A stretch of DNA of 64,000 bases from Utricularia gibba (taxonomy: Eukaryota > Plantae > Magnoliophyta): the NCBI GenBank assembly GCA_002189035.1, contig NEEC01000011.1, positions 620,001-684,000 of the forward strand, given 5' to 3'. Shown here in pieces: positions 23,380 to 37,137 of the stretch (within the stretch, counting starts at the first letter, position 1; each line of letters opens with the position of its first letter). Made by a program: the position numbers and the translations under genes. The notes under the pieces were generated by a model that worked only from the letters and a program-made list of their open reading frames with translations, was not told the origin of the DNA and searched no databases.

Positions 23380-26330
23380 GAAGCATATTCACGCAACTAT
23401 TGAAGATGACTCCTTTGTTGTTGATTTGACCATGTGGCATGTTGTACACCGCACTTGTCGGGACCATTTTTATAAGTATTTCTTGACTTCCACAGGGCTT
23501 TGGTGAGAAGTCTCACCAACTTCCTCATTGCTCATCAAACTATAATAATCAGCAACATCCATGTTGGACATACATGGCTCCAGTGGTATGGATGTTTCAT
23601 CCTCCATTTGTTGAGCCCTATCCTCATTTAATTTACCCTCTTTGCAATCTCTTTTCTTGTGGCCTTGATTGCCACATGTGGAACATGATATCAGCCTACA
23701 AGTTACATTCAATTGACCATAAATCCAAAACCAATCCATACAAAAAAGAGTGTGATGGACAAAACCTTAAGGATCTGCACTTTTGTGAATTAAATGGACG
23801 ACCGGGTTTCCTACGCTTCCACTTAGGTGGAAGCAGTGGTAAGTCGGCCATACAAGTCCATTCTTCAGCTCCCAGAAGCTTGAACATGTCACCGTCATAT
23901 ATTTTTTGATAGGCCATACGAGTATATCTAAAGTCTATGTATTCAACCAATGTATAACCCTCCAAAACACTAGTAACGGCCGCATGTTTCAAGGTATACC
24001 TAAACAAACAATAGATAAAAATTCAAAACACATAATAGAATAATAAATATTCATACTAAAAAATACAACAAACATAATATAAATTCTTCTAATAAAATTA
24101 ACAATAGAATACACAATATTCATACTAAAAAATACTATACATATAACATCAATTCTTATAATAAACCTAAAAAAATATTCATACTAAAAATACTACACAT
24201 ATAACAACACTTCTTATCATAAACCTAACAATAGAATATGAATGTTCATAATAAAAAATACTACACATATAACATCAATTCTTATAATAAAAGAAGAGAA
24301 ATAAAATAAAATACATACTTATAATTTCCCATGCTCTACAATCACAGAAATGTTTGGTCAACTGTACGGTGTATTTTTTTGTTCTCTCCGACCATCGGTA
24401 ATTACCTCGATCACCAATGTCCATATGCCCCTTTCTTCCATCTTCCAATGCTTGGCTTAGAATATTCTCAATTCTTGGACATAAATCTTCATATCATCTT
24501 GATGCATCTCGACGATGCTTAACAAACCAATCACAAACCTTGTCGTTAATCCGTTCCAAAAGCTCAATTAGGTCCAGCCTCCTAGCATCCTTAAGAGCTG
24601 AATTAAGGGACTCATGAGTTGTTGATCGTCAAAATGGCACACTTGTTGCTTCGATCAAAAAATGCTTGACACCATTGGGATGGTGGGATGCCGTCCATAT
24701 ACTTGTATGCTTTGGGATTGCATTCCTTAAGCACATCCATAGCACGCCTTATCTGACCAGGCGTTGTTGCTCGAGTGGCAGCCCACACATGGCCCTTCAA
24801 AACGGCCGTTAACTTCGCTGAAATACTTCTAGCAGGATTCTTGAGCAAATGCAAGACACAATGGCAGATCTACAAAATACAATAGTGAAGTGTAAAATAA
24901 ACATCATTAGTTTACAATTTTTAACATATATGGCTCAATGCATTACCTTGTCATTCGGAAGTATGTCTCTCAATACGGATAATATTGCAGGAGCTCTATT
25001 TGAAACTATGCTAAACGATTCTTGCATCTCCTCCGAAATACCATAGTCTTCGGCAAGCAATTTCATGAACCAAGTCCAAGCCAGTGAAGTTTCACCGCCA
25101 ATAACACCCCATTGACCTCCGAAAACTCCATTATTCAGATCCGAGGCTGTCACCACTAGCACTTTCCCATTCAATTTACTCAATGTATGCGTGCCATCAA
25201 CTCCAATCACATTATGGCCACATATACGGAATCCATCTTTACAAGCCTATAATTCACATATAAATCAAGGAAATACTATAAAAAGAATCAAATATTATCA
25301 CATAATCCATCAACTCGTCATACGTAAATGCTAACTTATCATTACATAATTAATAAAATACACCTCTAACATACAATCTTCAACAATAAACCAACCAAAA
25401 ATTTGTAAGAAAAAATACTACAAAATTAAAAAAAAATCCACAAATATATATATAAAAAAATGCTTCAAAAATGCATACCTTAGGACAAAAACAAACTCCT
25501 TCACATATTTTACTTTTCTCTTTACCACCATCTACCTCAAATATTGTCACGGCAACATCTTCATTCGATACCCGATATTGTTCACAATAACTTCGTAGGT
25601 GCTCGAAATCATTCTTCATACTTCCCATCGCCATCTTCTTTGCATTTTCTTTTGCTCTCCTCACCTTGTGAGTAGACATCTCCACATGCTAATCACGTTT
25701 TATATCCTTAAGTAGATCCGCAATTTTCTTTGTACATCTTCCCAAGCCAATGTGCATTCACTGATTTGTTGTTCACATGTGGCCGACAATGGTCTCTATG
25801 CTGAGTAGCTTCATCAACACTCCAAATCATCATGGGTGTTACCTTCACATACACCTTCCACGGGCATGCTACTCCTTCACTACCTCTACAATTAGCAATC
25901 AAACGATGCTTATCATTCTTCTCAAACCATAATTGGATTCCTTTCCGCACACAATATTCTTCAAGTGCATCTTTGGCCTCGGCTTTTGATTCAAAGATTA
26001 TCCCTTCCCTATAAATAAAACATAATTTAAATACTAAAAATAATAATAATACAATATAATCATAACAAATTATACTTACACAAGTTCTTGTATTCGAACA
26101 CTACCACTTTCTGTTCTAACAATGTCTAAAGGCCCTTCACTTGTTTCATTGCGAGGAGCTTCCGATTGTACTCTTTCAGATACGGGAACTTGCAAAGATA
26201 GTCCATAATCATCATTCTCGATGGGGAATTGGTCATCAAGAATTTCATAGACTTCGTCCTCACTCCCGTAGTCTAATTCAATTCGCTTTCATACTTCGTG
26301 TGAGTATCCATATCTACAAATAAATCAACT
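23380..26330 (-). mobile_element. MuDR/Mutator transposase pseudogene (multi-exon)
   Basis: GIIFESKAEAKDALEEYCVRKGIQLWFEKNDKHRLIANC...CPWKVY (MuDR DNA-binding domain), IGVDGTH...WTWFMKLL...IVSNR (MULE domain, with N where the second catalytic D is expected), a SWIM remnant, and zinc knuckle CSTCGNQGHKKRDC. Confidence 0.9.
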
Positions 26331-27159
26331 AAGAAATCAAAAATATGATTTACGAGGACAACCGACACCCATTATTTTGATGGAACTAACAGCAAACATA
26401 GCAGAAGTCATATGGAAAATCTTTTAAAAACATGCATACAAAGAACATAAGACTCCCTTAGTGATATCATAATACAAAGAGCACCTAATCCTGGAGAAGA
26501 AATAACACTAATCTATAAAAATTACAAGTAAAAAGCACAAATTTTAATAATCTCATAATGTGCAAAATATTATAGAAGAACATGTTACATTTTTTTTTTA
26601 TCTAAAATCAATGCAAAACTCAATCCATAATAATATTTGCACCAGGCTGATTGTGATTATAAAAAAAAAAACATCTTTTTCCAGTTCATTATGACTCATC
26701 AAGAAGTCAAAAACACCATTTCATTGCATTTGACCCCATAAAAAATATCATCCCAATTCTAGAGATCCATACATGCGATGGGGATAGGAAACCTGAATGC
26801 AAATTTTCAATAACTGTGATATGAAAATCGAAAATTAAAAGCACAACATAAACCTAAATGCAAACTTCCAAGAACCGCAATAAAATTGAACTAAGATGAT
26901 CATTTAATGGATATTAGCAATCCTTATTAAATAGTGTCATGTAAAATCAACAGATTAACAAAGGAGAGACAACATAAACTATGAAATGAAATAATAGCGA
27001 CACCCATAAGATAGACTCTCTAAAAAATGAATCTGTTTGTTGTCTTTCCCAATTATCCCTCTTCACTACCAGCTATATTCTTTAATGCTCTTCCTTCTGC
27101 CCCGGTACCATTACAGACTCTCCTCGGTCCCTCCTCCACTACCAGCTTAATGTCATTGT

Positions 27160-29700
27160 AAAAATAGAAATCTTCGTATCAAATAAATTTATAAGCCTTA
27201 ATATACACAAAATACAAATTTAGAAAACTTGTATAGTATGTTTCGGGGTCAATCACGAGGAGCTTGTGCTTGCTAAGTGTTTCAGTAGATGCATAATTTG
27301 GAAAAATTGTTAATCTTATTCTCAGCTCAAACTAACAGTAGTAAATAAGTTTAGTAAACACAATCAAGTCTCAAAGTTGAAGATAACAAATACTGGTTCT
27401 AACTCAGAGTAATACTAAGATGTCTTAAGGGTGTACAGGTGATGTGGTGCTAAGATGTCTAACTTAATCTACCATGTTCCTATACTCACAACTCGATATA
27501 ACTTAGTCTACCCGAGTAATTTATCATATTTTCGGCTAAGTTAGTCCCAAATATCATCACCAACCCTGCAATTAGGTCTACTTGCATGCAATGTATATAG
27601 AATTAGGTATACTCAATTCTACTAGTTATACCCTAAACTAATGTTTACTGCTCCTGCCTTGATTTGTTGGTCTATCTCTAAATCAAGCATCTTAGTTGCG
27701 AAGTTACTTGTTCCCCTCCTTAGATCTACCCATGGAATGATAGAAACAAGAACTAAGAAACAATCATAAATTTCATTATCAACCCTAAATCCACACCATC
27801 ATGCTCACAAGGTTTCAAAAGGCTTCAAACAAAGCTCATGCATCCTAATCATCACAAGGCTATCATATTCCATCATTGAATTATTTGAAATAGGATCTAC
27901 AGTATCAAATAAAATGCAACATATGAAAACAGACAAATAACTCCTAGCATAGACTAACAGATACAACCTTTCCAAAAGACAAACATGATACTGATACAAA
28001 CCTAACCAAATTAAATGAAGCAGCAAGTTACTAGTGTAGGGAGGAGTCATTCACTCCATGTTTCAGTCTCTTCTTTTTTGAATCAAATCGCCACTTTATC
28101 GCATATCATTTCAAGGTTCTTTACGGAGCACAAGGGAAGTTGGAGCATAATTGTTTTCCGTTGCTATTGCTGCACCTTTTACAAATTCATACAATTGACC
28201 AAGAACTAATCTATTTCCTTTGCTTCTTTAGTGCATAAATTTCTGAGAAATTAAACATTAAAGCTTTATCCTCATGTCAGCATAAAAAAATCTAAATCAT
28301 AGACTTCATCAACATATGTCCAAGAATTGTAGTAACCTAACAGCAACCATGTTGTGCTAATGTAAACATGAAAGTCATAAACATCAATTAGCACAATTTA
28401 TCAGAAAAATAAAACAAGATTTCTAGCATGCTTGAACCCAATTCCAATCAAAACAAAATGGAACAAAAGTACATGAAACCTAATCAAATAAAATTAATCT
28501 AAATACTGAAAATAAAATGATGAAATAAAACTTAGCTATGGGTCACCTCCCATAAGTGTCCTTGTTTTTAGTCTTGAACTCGACTATTTTTGAGGCTACG
28601 TTTTTTCTACATCTTCAAATGTAGTATCATTAGTAAAATTATGAGCCTCATCTTCAAAAGTTTCATAAGAATTGTTCAACACTTTAAAGACTCCATCCTT
28701 GCATCTCCTCCACCAATATGGATCATCCCAGAGGCTAGATTTTTCATCATTCAAAAGCATGCTCCTTTCATGGCATTCATTTCCAATTGGCATAATTCCT
28801 GCAATAATAAAATTGACAATATCAGTAGAGCCTGGTTCCCAGTTTGGAATCTTACCTGAGAATAGCTATTCACTGAAAAACGCTTCTGAAATTATGCCAG
28901 CATTTTCAATCCTGTCAATTTTTCTAGAATGATTGACAAAAACATTCGTCCCTTCAAAATTATCCAAAATTTCTTTTGGATTCTGGATGAATTCCTCGAA
29001 CAAGGTTGTTTCTTGATCTGAGGTGAGACCATCAGAAATAATTATAGAATTTTCCTACTTATCATTCATCAAAATTTCTTGCATGTGAGCATCCAATGGC
29101 TTTTGATTCGAGATTTTGTCTTCTTAATCACCTCCAGGAGCACTCAATTACTCTAGCTTTGTCTCAATATTTGCATTCTCAAGAAATAATTCTTGATATT
29201 CTTTTTCCTCTTTATCAATTTCTTCCTTTAAGTATTCTTTAACAAATTTTTCAGTTGGCTTCATAGAAGAAGCTCCTTCAAAATCACTTGGAGAGTTTAT
29301 GATATCCTTCATATGAAGTGTGATCTTTTCTTCAAAAAGAGACATGTCAATTGTTCCCTTCTTCACATTAATAATTGCATTTGAGGTGCTCAAAAATGGT
29401 CTTCCCAAAATTATTGTAATGTCCTTTGATCCTCTAGTAGGCATATTAATTACATAAAAATCAACTAGAAATATCAGATCCTCAATTCGAATTAGGACAT
29501 CTTCTACCAAGCCTTTGGGAGAAATGACACTTCGATCCGCCAATTCAATTTGTACTCCGGATGCTTGCAAGGGTCCCAATCTAAGAGTTTCATAAACTGA
29601 ATATGACATCACATTAACAGAAACCCCTAAATCAGCCATGACTCTCCTGATATTCAAATCCCCAATCTTGCAAGGAATGAAAAATGTAATGTAACAAATT
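27160..29700 (-). mobile_element. Internally deleted Athila-like element: protease, integrase-N fragment, 3' non-coding region and partial LTR (about 27160-27810)
   Basis: ORF 29148-29717 (FFIPCKIGDL...ADLGVSVNVM...IILGRPFLST) is paralogous to 52044-53123. WDDPYWWRRCKDG lies at about 28740. The LTR part aligns with 10340-11040 and with the reverse complement of the 49074-50423 LTR. Confidence 0.8.
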
Positions 29701-31504
29701 CGTGGAGAGGTTACCATTTTTTGATTTCTTTTTTTTTCTTATGAAATTATCTCCATGAAAAAGATTGCAATCCTTTTCACAATACATGAAATACAAAACT
29801 CTAATAATATTCTCCAATAGAAAAAAGATGATTCAATGAGCCTAGATGAACGTACTCGTGAAGGAAATAATCTTTATCTTTCTCTTTGAATAAGATCTCA
29901 ATTTTGGCCCAGTGTGTCAAAGAGCTTTAGTAGGCATTCAAAGAAGAAATAAGTAAACTTCAATCTTGAAGCAATCACGACCAAACCGAGAAAAGATCTT
30001 TATGTTGACAAAAGTCTTTATAAAGCTTTCCCATCCGTGTCGCAACAGATTCGGTAAGCTACATGTACTATCCTAAATAAGTCATAGGACCCTCAGCGTT
30101 GTGCGAAAGTATTTTCAAACTCATCAATTTTTGAAAAGGAGAAAAAAAATATTTATTTATTTATTTCTCAAGCCCTGCTGTTCTAAAGCACAAGTAAGAG
30201 TCAGAAATGGGGGAAAATCCTATAGAAATCCTAAAGCATCTCACCTTAGAAACTAGCTTCCCTAGAGACCTTCTATAATTTCACACGTGAGGGGTGATTT
30301 TTGTTTTTCAGTAAAAAACTAAGGACGCTTGAGCCTAAGATGAATTGAACGACTCGGTTCAATCTCTTACTTGTTTCAATTGAAAGCATAGGTTTGGAGT
30401 AAAGCAATTCCATTATAGGAAAAAGATTATCATAAGATTCTTTACCATGACAAATCCACTTCTTTGAGTGGATGTCTCTTTAACAGCAGAGGGGTACAGC
30501 GGATACGCGAGAAGATCAAATTGACCCAACGAGCGGATTGGAAATGAAGAAGACAGAAAAAAATTGTACAAAGACAAAATATTTCAGAATGCGGGAGCTC
30601 CCATTTGAGTTATCTTAGTCATGGGTGGATTCCTACACATGCGGAGTCCACACAAGATTAAAAAAAAAAAGAGAGAGAGATTGGGATGCCGTTGGTGGCA
30701 AAATGTTGGTTGCACAGGATTAGTGGTTCACCTCTATAAATCCTAGGAGAACACTCTACCAAAAATGCATATGCAGTATTCAATCTTTTTATTGAGTGAG
30801 TTTGTTAGGAATTCGGTTTTCGAGAATAGAATAAAGAAAAAAGAAATATAGTATTGTTTTTTATTCGTCTCTTTTACAACTTTTGAGGAAATGATAGAAA
30901 CGGAGGGTAAAAATCAATAGTTTACTAATTTAATATCTTTATATTTATTATAGTAAATAGTGAATTTTTTTCAGTTGGATGTATACGTAGGCCTTATTTT
31001 AAGGTGAATTATGTAAAATTTTGATGTATATTTTCTTGATTTTACAATCAAATTTATTGTTTAAGATCGATTGTGTACAAAAGCCCCAATCCATGGTATT
31101 CCAGTTTCTTGGAAAGTTTGACCGATTGTGAATTCTTGATTTCAAAAATTGGATAGGTCCAATCTATAGTCATTTGCAGATCATCTTCATCCCCAGCAAC
31201 ATTTGCTACACCTAGTCAATCTCCATTCATGTATTCTGCCAATTAGAAGAGGCAACCATTTAAGATGCCGTCTTTTTGGATTAGCACATTTTTCAGTAGG
31301 TTATATATTAACTTGTGCTGCTTTCTTGCTTGCCTCTACATCAGGAAAATTCGGCTAGGGTTGACGATGGTCAAGGTTTTGCCATAGATAAACAGATGAG
31401 TCAAAAAGTGCGGATATAGTCGAATGGTATAATTTATCTTTGCCAAGGAGAAGAAAAGATTTTTCATAAAGTCATTATGGAAGAGAATACTTGTAGTTAT
31501 TGAC

Positions 31505-31590
31505 TAAAAAAAGACAAATATTGTATAATTGTTCTATTTTCTGCAATTTTCTCAATCCCTCGATGTAAATAACCCAATATTGGTTCATGG
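31505..31590 (-). pseudogene. ndhH: Plastid ndhH fragment (NUPT)
   Basis: Minus strand reads [24 protein letters not shown]; plastid NdhH reads [24 protein letters not shown]. Confidence 0.85.
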
Positions 31591-32604
31591 CCAAGGATCC
31601 ATTCAGCAATGTAAAATATCCCAATTTAGAATTTGGACTAAGAATTCATAGTTGAATGAGATGAAACATAACTAGGTGTCGCAAGAGCGCGAAAAAGTGA
31701 GCGTTTCCAATCACTTCAGGCCTTTCAACCAATTGATTCGACCCCGTAGAATCTTTGGTCGGACATATCCTGTGTGATAAGCGGAAGAGAAGTAGGTGTC
31801 GGTAGAGAACAAATCTCAGGGTTTTGGCAATTGGCTCCTGTGGAAGGGACACGTAAGAAAGAAAACTGCTGTTATTAATCAGAGAAAAAAGGACAACTAG
31901 CTGAATGTAGACAACAGCTTAAATAGACACAAAATAATCTGGTAACAGCCTTCAGACCCGAATTTCTTGCAACAGACGTAACAGCATTTCCACAAAATAT
32001 GAAAGGTGGCAACGTAGTCTTCTGTCCAGCATTTGACCTGATTGAATGATGGAAAAATGATCATTATTCATTGACATCCTGAGGTCGAATCCATTTTTTG
32101 ATCATATTAGCCCCAAGACGTTGGTCTCGAACAAGAACCAGAATACGCTCACTTGGGGATTTCTTACTTCTTTAGGTCGAAACTGTTGAAGGATGATGTG
32201 ATTGGCCAGAGTCATCACGGTGAGTCTCAGGAAGGGGAAAGAATGTGGCTAGGGTTCGAGGAACAAGAAGGCCGCTAAAATGAGCTAAAACCATGGACCA
32301 CCGCAACAAACAAGGCCCACCTAAGCTTTGGAAAGGCCACAGGGGGGCTCAAACCAGCCCAGCCTAACTCGCAATACATGGGATCATGAGCAACCAACCT
32401 CCACCACTTGTGCAACGGTAACATTTATAGCCGTTGGGAAAAACTCTATAAGTACTGAATCACACCTGTAACGAGTAGATTTCTTTTCAGCAAAACAGAT
32501 ACAATAATATCAGTTATAGTTCAGTGACTAGAAGAGGCTCCAAGTTAGAGAGCTACATATCTCCTCCAAAGAGGCTCCAAGTTAGAGAGCTACATATCCT
32601 TTCA

Positions 32605-32622
32605 TGGTGACAGCTGTGGGAT
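32605..32622 (+). promoter_or_regulatory. Primer binding site complementary to the tRNA-Leu 3' end
   Basis: TGGTGACAGCTGTGGGAT lies directly after the 5' LTR. It is the reverse complement of ATCCCACAGCTGTCACCA, which I recall as the 3' end of plant cytosolic tRNA-Leu(UAG). Confidence 0.75.
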
Positions 32623-32729
32623 AAAAGCAAGACTCTGCTCAAAGCACAACAATCCCCTCCCAGGTTCTACGACTAAACTACACTGTCTTACTACTAACCT
32701 TTCCTCTTAACAGGAAATTAGCTCTCCTC

Positions 32730-35700
32730 ATGGCACTATCAAACCCAAGCTTACTACCTCCCCCCACTTTTGATGGAAAAAACTACTCTAGATGGGCAGC
32801 CAAGATGACCAATCATCTCAAAACTCTAAAATTGTGGGAAGTCTTTCTGGACCCGCCACTCTTCGCTGACTCTGATGCTATCCTAGCTGCAAAATGGGAG
32901 GAAAAGCAACTCTTAGCTAGAAGTGTCTTGGATGCAGCGATTGATGGGGAAGCCTACGACCATATAATACACTGCAAGACCCCAAAAGCAATCTGGGACA
33001 CACTAGCCTTTGAGTTCTCCATTACAGAAGAGAAAAAGGAGAAAGAGATCATTACCTTATGGCGACTTATAGACGACCTAACACTGGCCCCTGGAAGCTC
33101 CGTGGCATCATTTGCTGAAACACTCCTACCTGCCATAAAGAGACTCAAAGCCCTAGGTGAAAATGTTGATGACAGAAGAGTTAAGCAAAAAATAGTTGGA
33201 GTACTCCCCAGATCCTATAGTGCTGCCGTCACTGCCATAGTCACTACTGGGGGCTTGAAAAAATTGACTCCTGCACAACTGATTGAGGCTCTAGAAGATG
33301 CTGAAATTCGAGACAAAAAATACCAAAACCAGGAAATCAACGATGGAGCATTCAAAGCCTCTCACATAACTCAAGCAACAGAATGGAAGGAAAGGAAAGA
33401 AAAGGCGACCACCCCCATGTCCTTATTGCAAACAGAGAAACCATGTGCCCCAAAACTGTTTCTACCACCCTGAAAAAGTCTGCAACTACTGCCAAGAAAA
33501 GGGACACATCCGAAGGGTTTGCAAAGTCCGAAAGGAGGATGAACTGAAAAGGCACAAAGACTCTGAATATGGAACAGAGAATCATAAAGCAATGTCCATT
33601 GTATCTTCCTCCTTATGCAATGAACTGGAAGTAATTGATCTTTACTCATGTTGCAAAGACAAAATCTGTGTTATGACTTCAGAACTCAAAGAGGATCAAA
33701 CCTGGCTTGTTGATAGCGGGTGTAGCAACCACATATGTAACGACCCCTCAAGCTTCACAACCTACATACCCCTACACGGAAAGACAATAGAAATCGCTGA
33801 TAGGAACATCATTAAAGTACATGGAATTGGGACCGTGAGATTGAAGATGGAGGACAAATGTATTCATATCCAAGACACCTACTTTGTCCCACAAGCATCA
33901 CATAATCTTATAAGCGTAGGACAATTGATGACTCGAGGTCGATCTGTGAACTTCATTGATGATCAGTGTGAAATTAGTGCACCCTCTGGAAAACATAACC
34001 TAAAAGTCAGGATGCAGAACAAGGTGTTTCCCTTGAGGACCCAAGACTTCTCTTACGCCACCACCACAATGTGCCTCTCCGCCAAGGAATCTGCCAACCT
34101 CTGGCACAAGAGATGCGGCCACCATAACTTCACATCCCTAAACAGAGTACAGAAAAATCAGCTGGTAACAGGTCTACCAATGCTAACTGCAAGCCATGAT
34201 CTGTGTGAAAGCTGCCAATATGGGAAACTTGCCAGAAAACCCTTTGGACAAAGTATGAGGATAGCTACCAGAAAATTAGAGCTCGTGCACAGCGACGTAT
34301 GTGGACCTATGAGCACATGTACAGCAGCAGGAAACAGGTATTACCTTATTTTCGTTGATGACTACACTAAATTCTGCTGGGTGTTCTTCTTGAAAAACAG
34401 GTCCGAAGTGCTAGACTACTTCAAAAAATTCAAAGCGCAAGCTGAAAATCAGAGCGGAGAAAAACTAAAAAATCTGAGGACAGATAATGGAGGTGAGTAT
34501 ACACCTATGGAACTTGCCAAAATCTGCAATCAAGAGGTTATCATCCACCAGTTTACTGCACCCTACACAGCCCAGCAAAATGGAGTGAGTGAACGCAGAA
34601 ACAGAACCATAACAGAAATGGCTAGATGCCTTATGTTTGAAAAGGAAGTGCCAATAGCTTATTGGGCAGAAGCAGTGAACACCTTTGTATACTTACTAAA
34701 CAGACTACCTACAAGTGGAACTGCTGACTACAAGACTCCATTTGAACTATGGTATGACCGGAAGCCAAGTGTTGATCACCTCAGAGTGTTTGGATCTGTA
34801 TGCTACTCATATATACCGAAAGAGAAAAGAACAAAGTTAGATTAAAAGGCACAGATCGGAATTTTTATGGGATATAGTGAGGTTACAAAAGGATACCGAG
34901 TTCTACACTTGAATACTAAGAAAATAAGTATTAGCAGGGATGTGACATTTGATGAGTCCAGGAAGTGGGTGTGGAACTATGGCATATCAGAGCTACAACC
35001 GATGGGAAACAGCTACCACACTCAACTTCTCAACTGCCTACAAACTCCAGAACCCGTAGAAGGTAGTGAAGCGTGTACAACGATGACAAACATTGGACCA
35101 GAAGAGCAAAGTCAAGGTTCAGCAGGAATACCCGCTCCAACTGACCCCCCACAATCGTTGGACCACTCACTCGCACCTGAAGTACCAGCCAACCAAGCCG
35201 CCATACCTTATGTTACAAGCGAAACTGAAATCGAGAATGAACTGCCGCTCCAAGCTGACATTAACACAAATGAAGAAGTATCAGACACGGTAACTGAGAA
35301 CGTGGGAAATGCATCAAGTGAAAGTACAGGCCTGTCAGAACATGAAGGGAACAATAGAACAGGGGAACCTCAAATATATGATTGCCCTGATGGCTCCGGG
35401 GCTGACTCCCATGAAGGAGACACAGATGCAGAGACACCTTGCGATGGAACCTTCAGTAGCCCTCAAGACAAACCTGAAACACAACGGTACATAGACATAC
35501 ACAGCATATATGATAGATGTATGTGTGTGAAGGCACCCGAGTCCACTTCAGAGGCCCTACAACATCCAGGGTGGAAACTAGCTATAGATACAGAAATGGA
35601 GACTATAATCAAGAACAACATGTGGACCCTAGTGGACAGACCAAAACACAAGAAAGTTATAGGAACAAAGTGGTTATTCAAACCGAAGTTAAATCCCGAT

Positions 35701-37137
35701 GGCACTGTAAACAAATTAAAAGGAAGGATAGTAGCAAAAGGGTACGCACAAAGAGAGGGCATTGACTACTCAGATACCTTTGCTCCTGTTGCCAGATTAG
35801 ACACCACCAAGTTAATATTAGCACTCTCGGCATGCTTCAGTTGGAAGGTCTACCACTTGGATGTGAAGTCAGCATTCCTGAATGGTATCTTAACAGAGGA
35901 AGTATATGTAGAACAACCTGCAGGCTATGTGAAATTAGGGGATGAAGATAAGGTTTATTTACTCCACAAAGCCCTATATGGACTAAAGCAGGCCCCTAGA
36001 CAATGGTACACCAAAATTGACACTTACTTTCAAAGCCAAGGCTTCATGAGAAGTGAGAATGACCCAACACTATATGTACTAAGCTACAATGACAAGGACA
36101 AGGTAATCATCTCATTGTATGTGGATGACATTCTTATTACCGGCAGCAAGGAAGAACTTGTGGAGGAACAAAAGAAGCAACTCATGAACCATTTCGAAAT
36201 GACAGACCTGGGAATTATGAGCTACTTCTTGGGACTAGAGATCTCTCAGACAGAAGATACTATATACCTTAGGCAAACTAAGTACGTGCATGACTTAATC
36301 CACAGATACAAGCTAAGCAAGAGAAGACATGCTTCTGTACCTCTCTCCCCAGATGCAAAACCAGTAGCCATAGAAGCTGACACAACAGGGACCATCTGCG
36401 ATCCTGGAAACTTGGCAAACGAAAAAGGTTACAGGAGCATAATAGGCTCTCTAATGTACCTGTCAGCAACTAGACCGGACATTGCTTTTCCGGTTGGACT
36501 ACTCTCCAGATTTATGGGAAACCCGCACCAGAACCACTATGAAGCTGCAAAGAAAGTACTTAATTATGTGAGATGCACTGCAAACCTTAGGTTAGCTTAC
36601 AAGAAAAATTCTAACCCACACATCAAGTGTTTTGTGGACAGTGATTTTGCAGGTGACACTACCGACTACAAATCGACATCTGGTTACATCTTCTTACTTG
36701 GGGGAACCGCTTTTGCTTGGAATAGCAAAAAACAAGAAGTGGTCGCCCAGTCATCGCAGAAGCGGAATACATAGCGGCAGCAACGGCAGCAAACCACGCT
36801 GCTTGGCTATTGAAAATTCTCAAGGATTTATAGATGGATCTGGACAGAACCATACCGCTCAATATAGATAACAAATCAACTATCAGTATGGCAAAGAATC
36901 TAGTGGACTTCGGTCGATGTAAACACATAGCGATCAAATATCATGCACTCCGCAACTATGTAAGGAGCAAGGTGATTGAGGTGGAGTACATACCCTCGAT
37001 CGAACAGGTAGCAGATCCACTTACGAAGCTGATGTACCCAAAACAATTATGCTATTTGAGGGAGAAGATGGGTCTGAAGAACAGCCGCTCCATATATCGA
37101 AATGAAGGCAACTCAGAGCCAAACCATCAAGGTGGAG
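32730..37137 (+). pseudogene. Copia gag-pol polyprotein with three lesions
   Basis: Frameshift at about 33360, in-frame TAA at 34843-34845 (KLD*KAQIGIFMGY), and frameshift at about 36755 (QSSQKRNT instead of QSTAEAEY). Confidence 0.9.
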
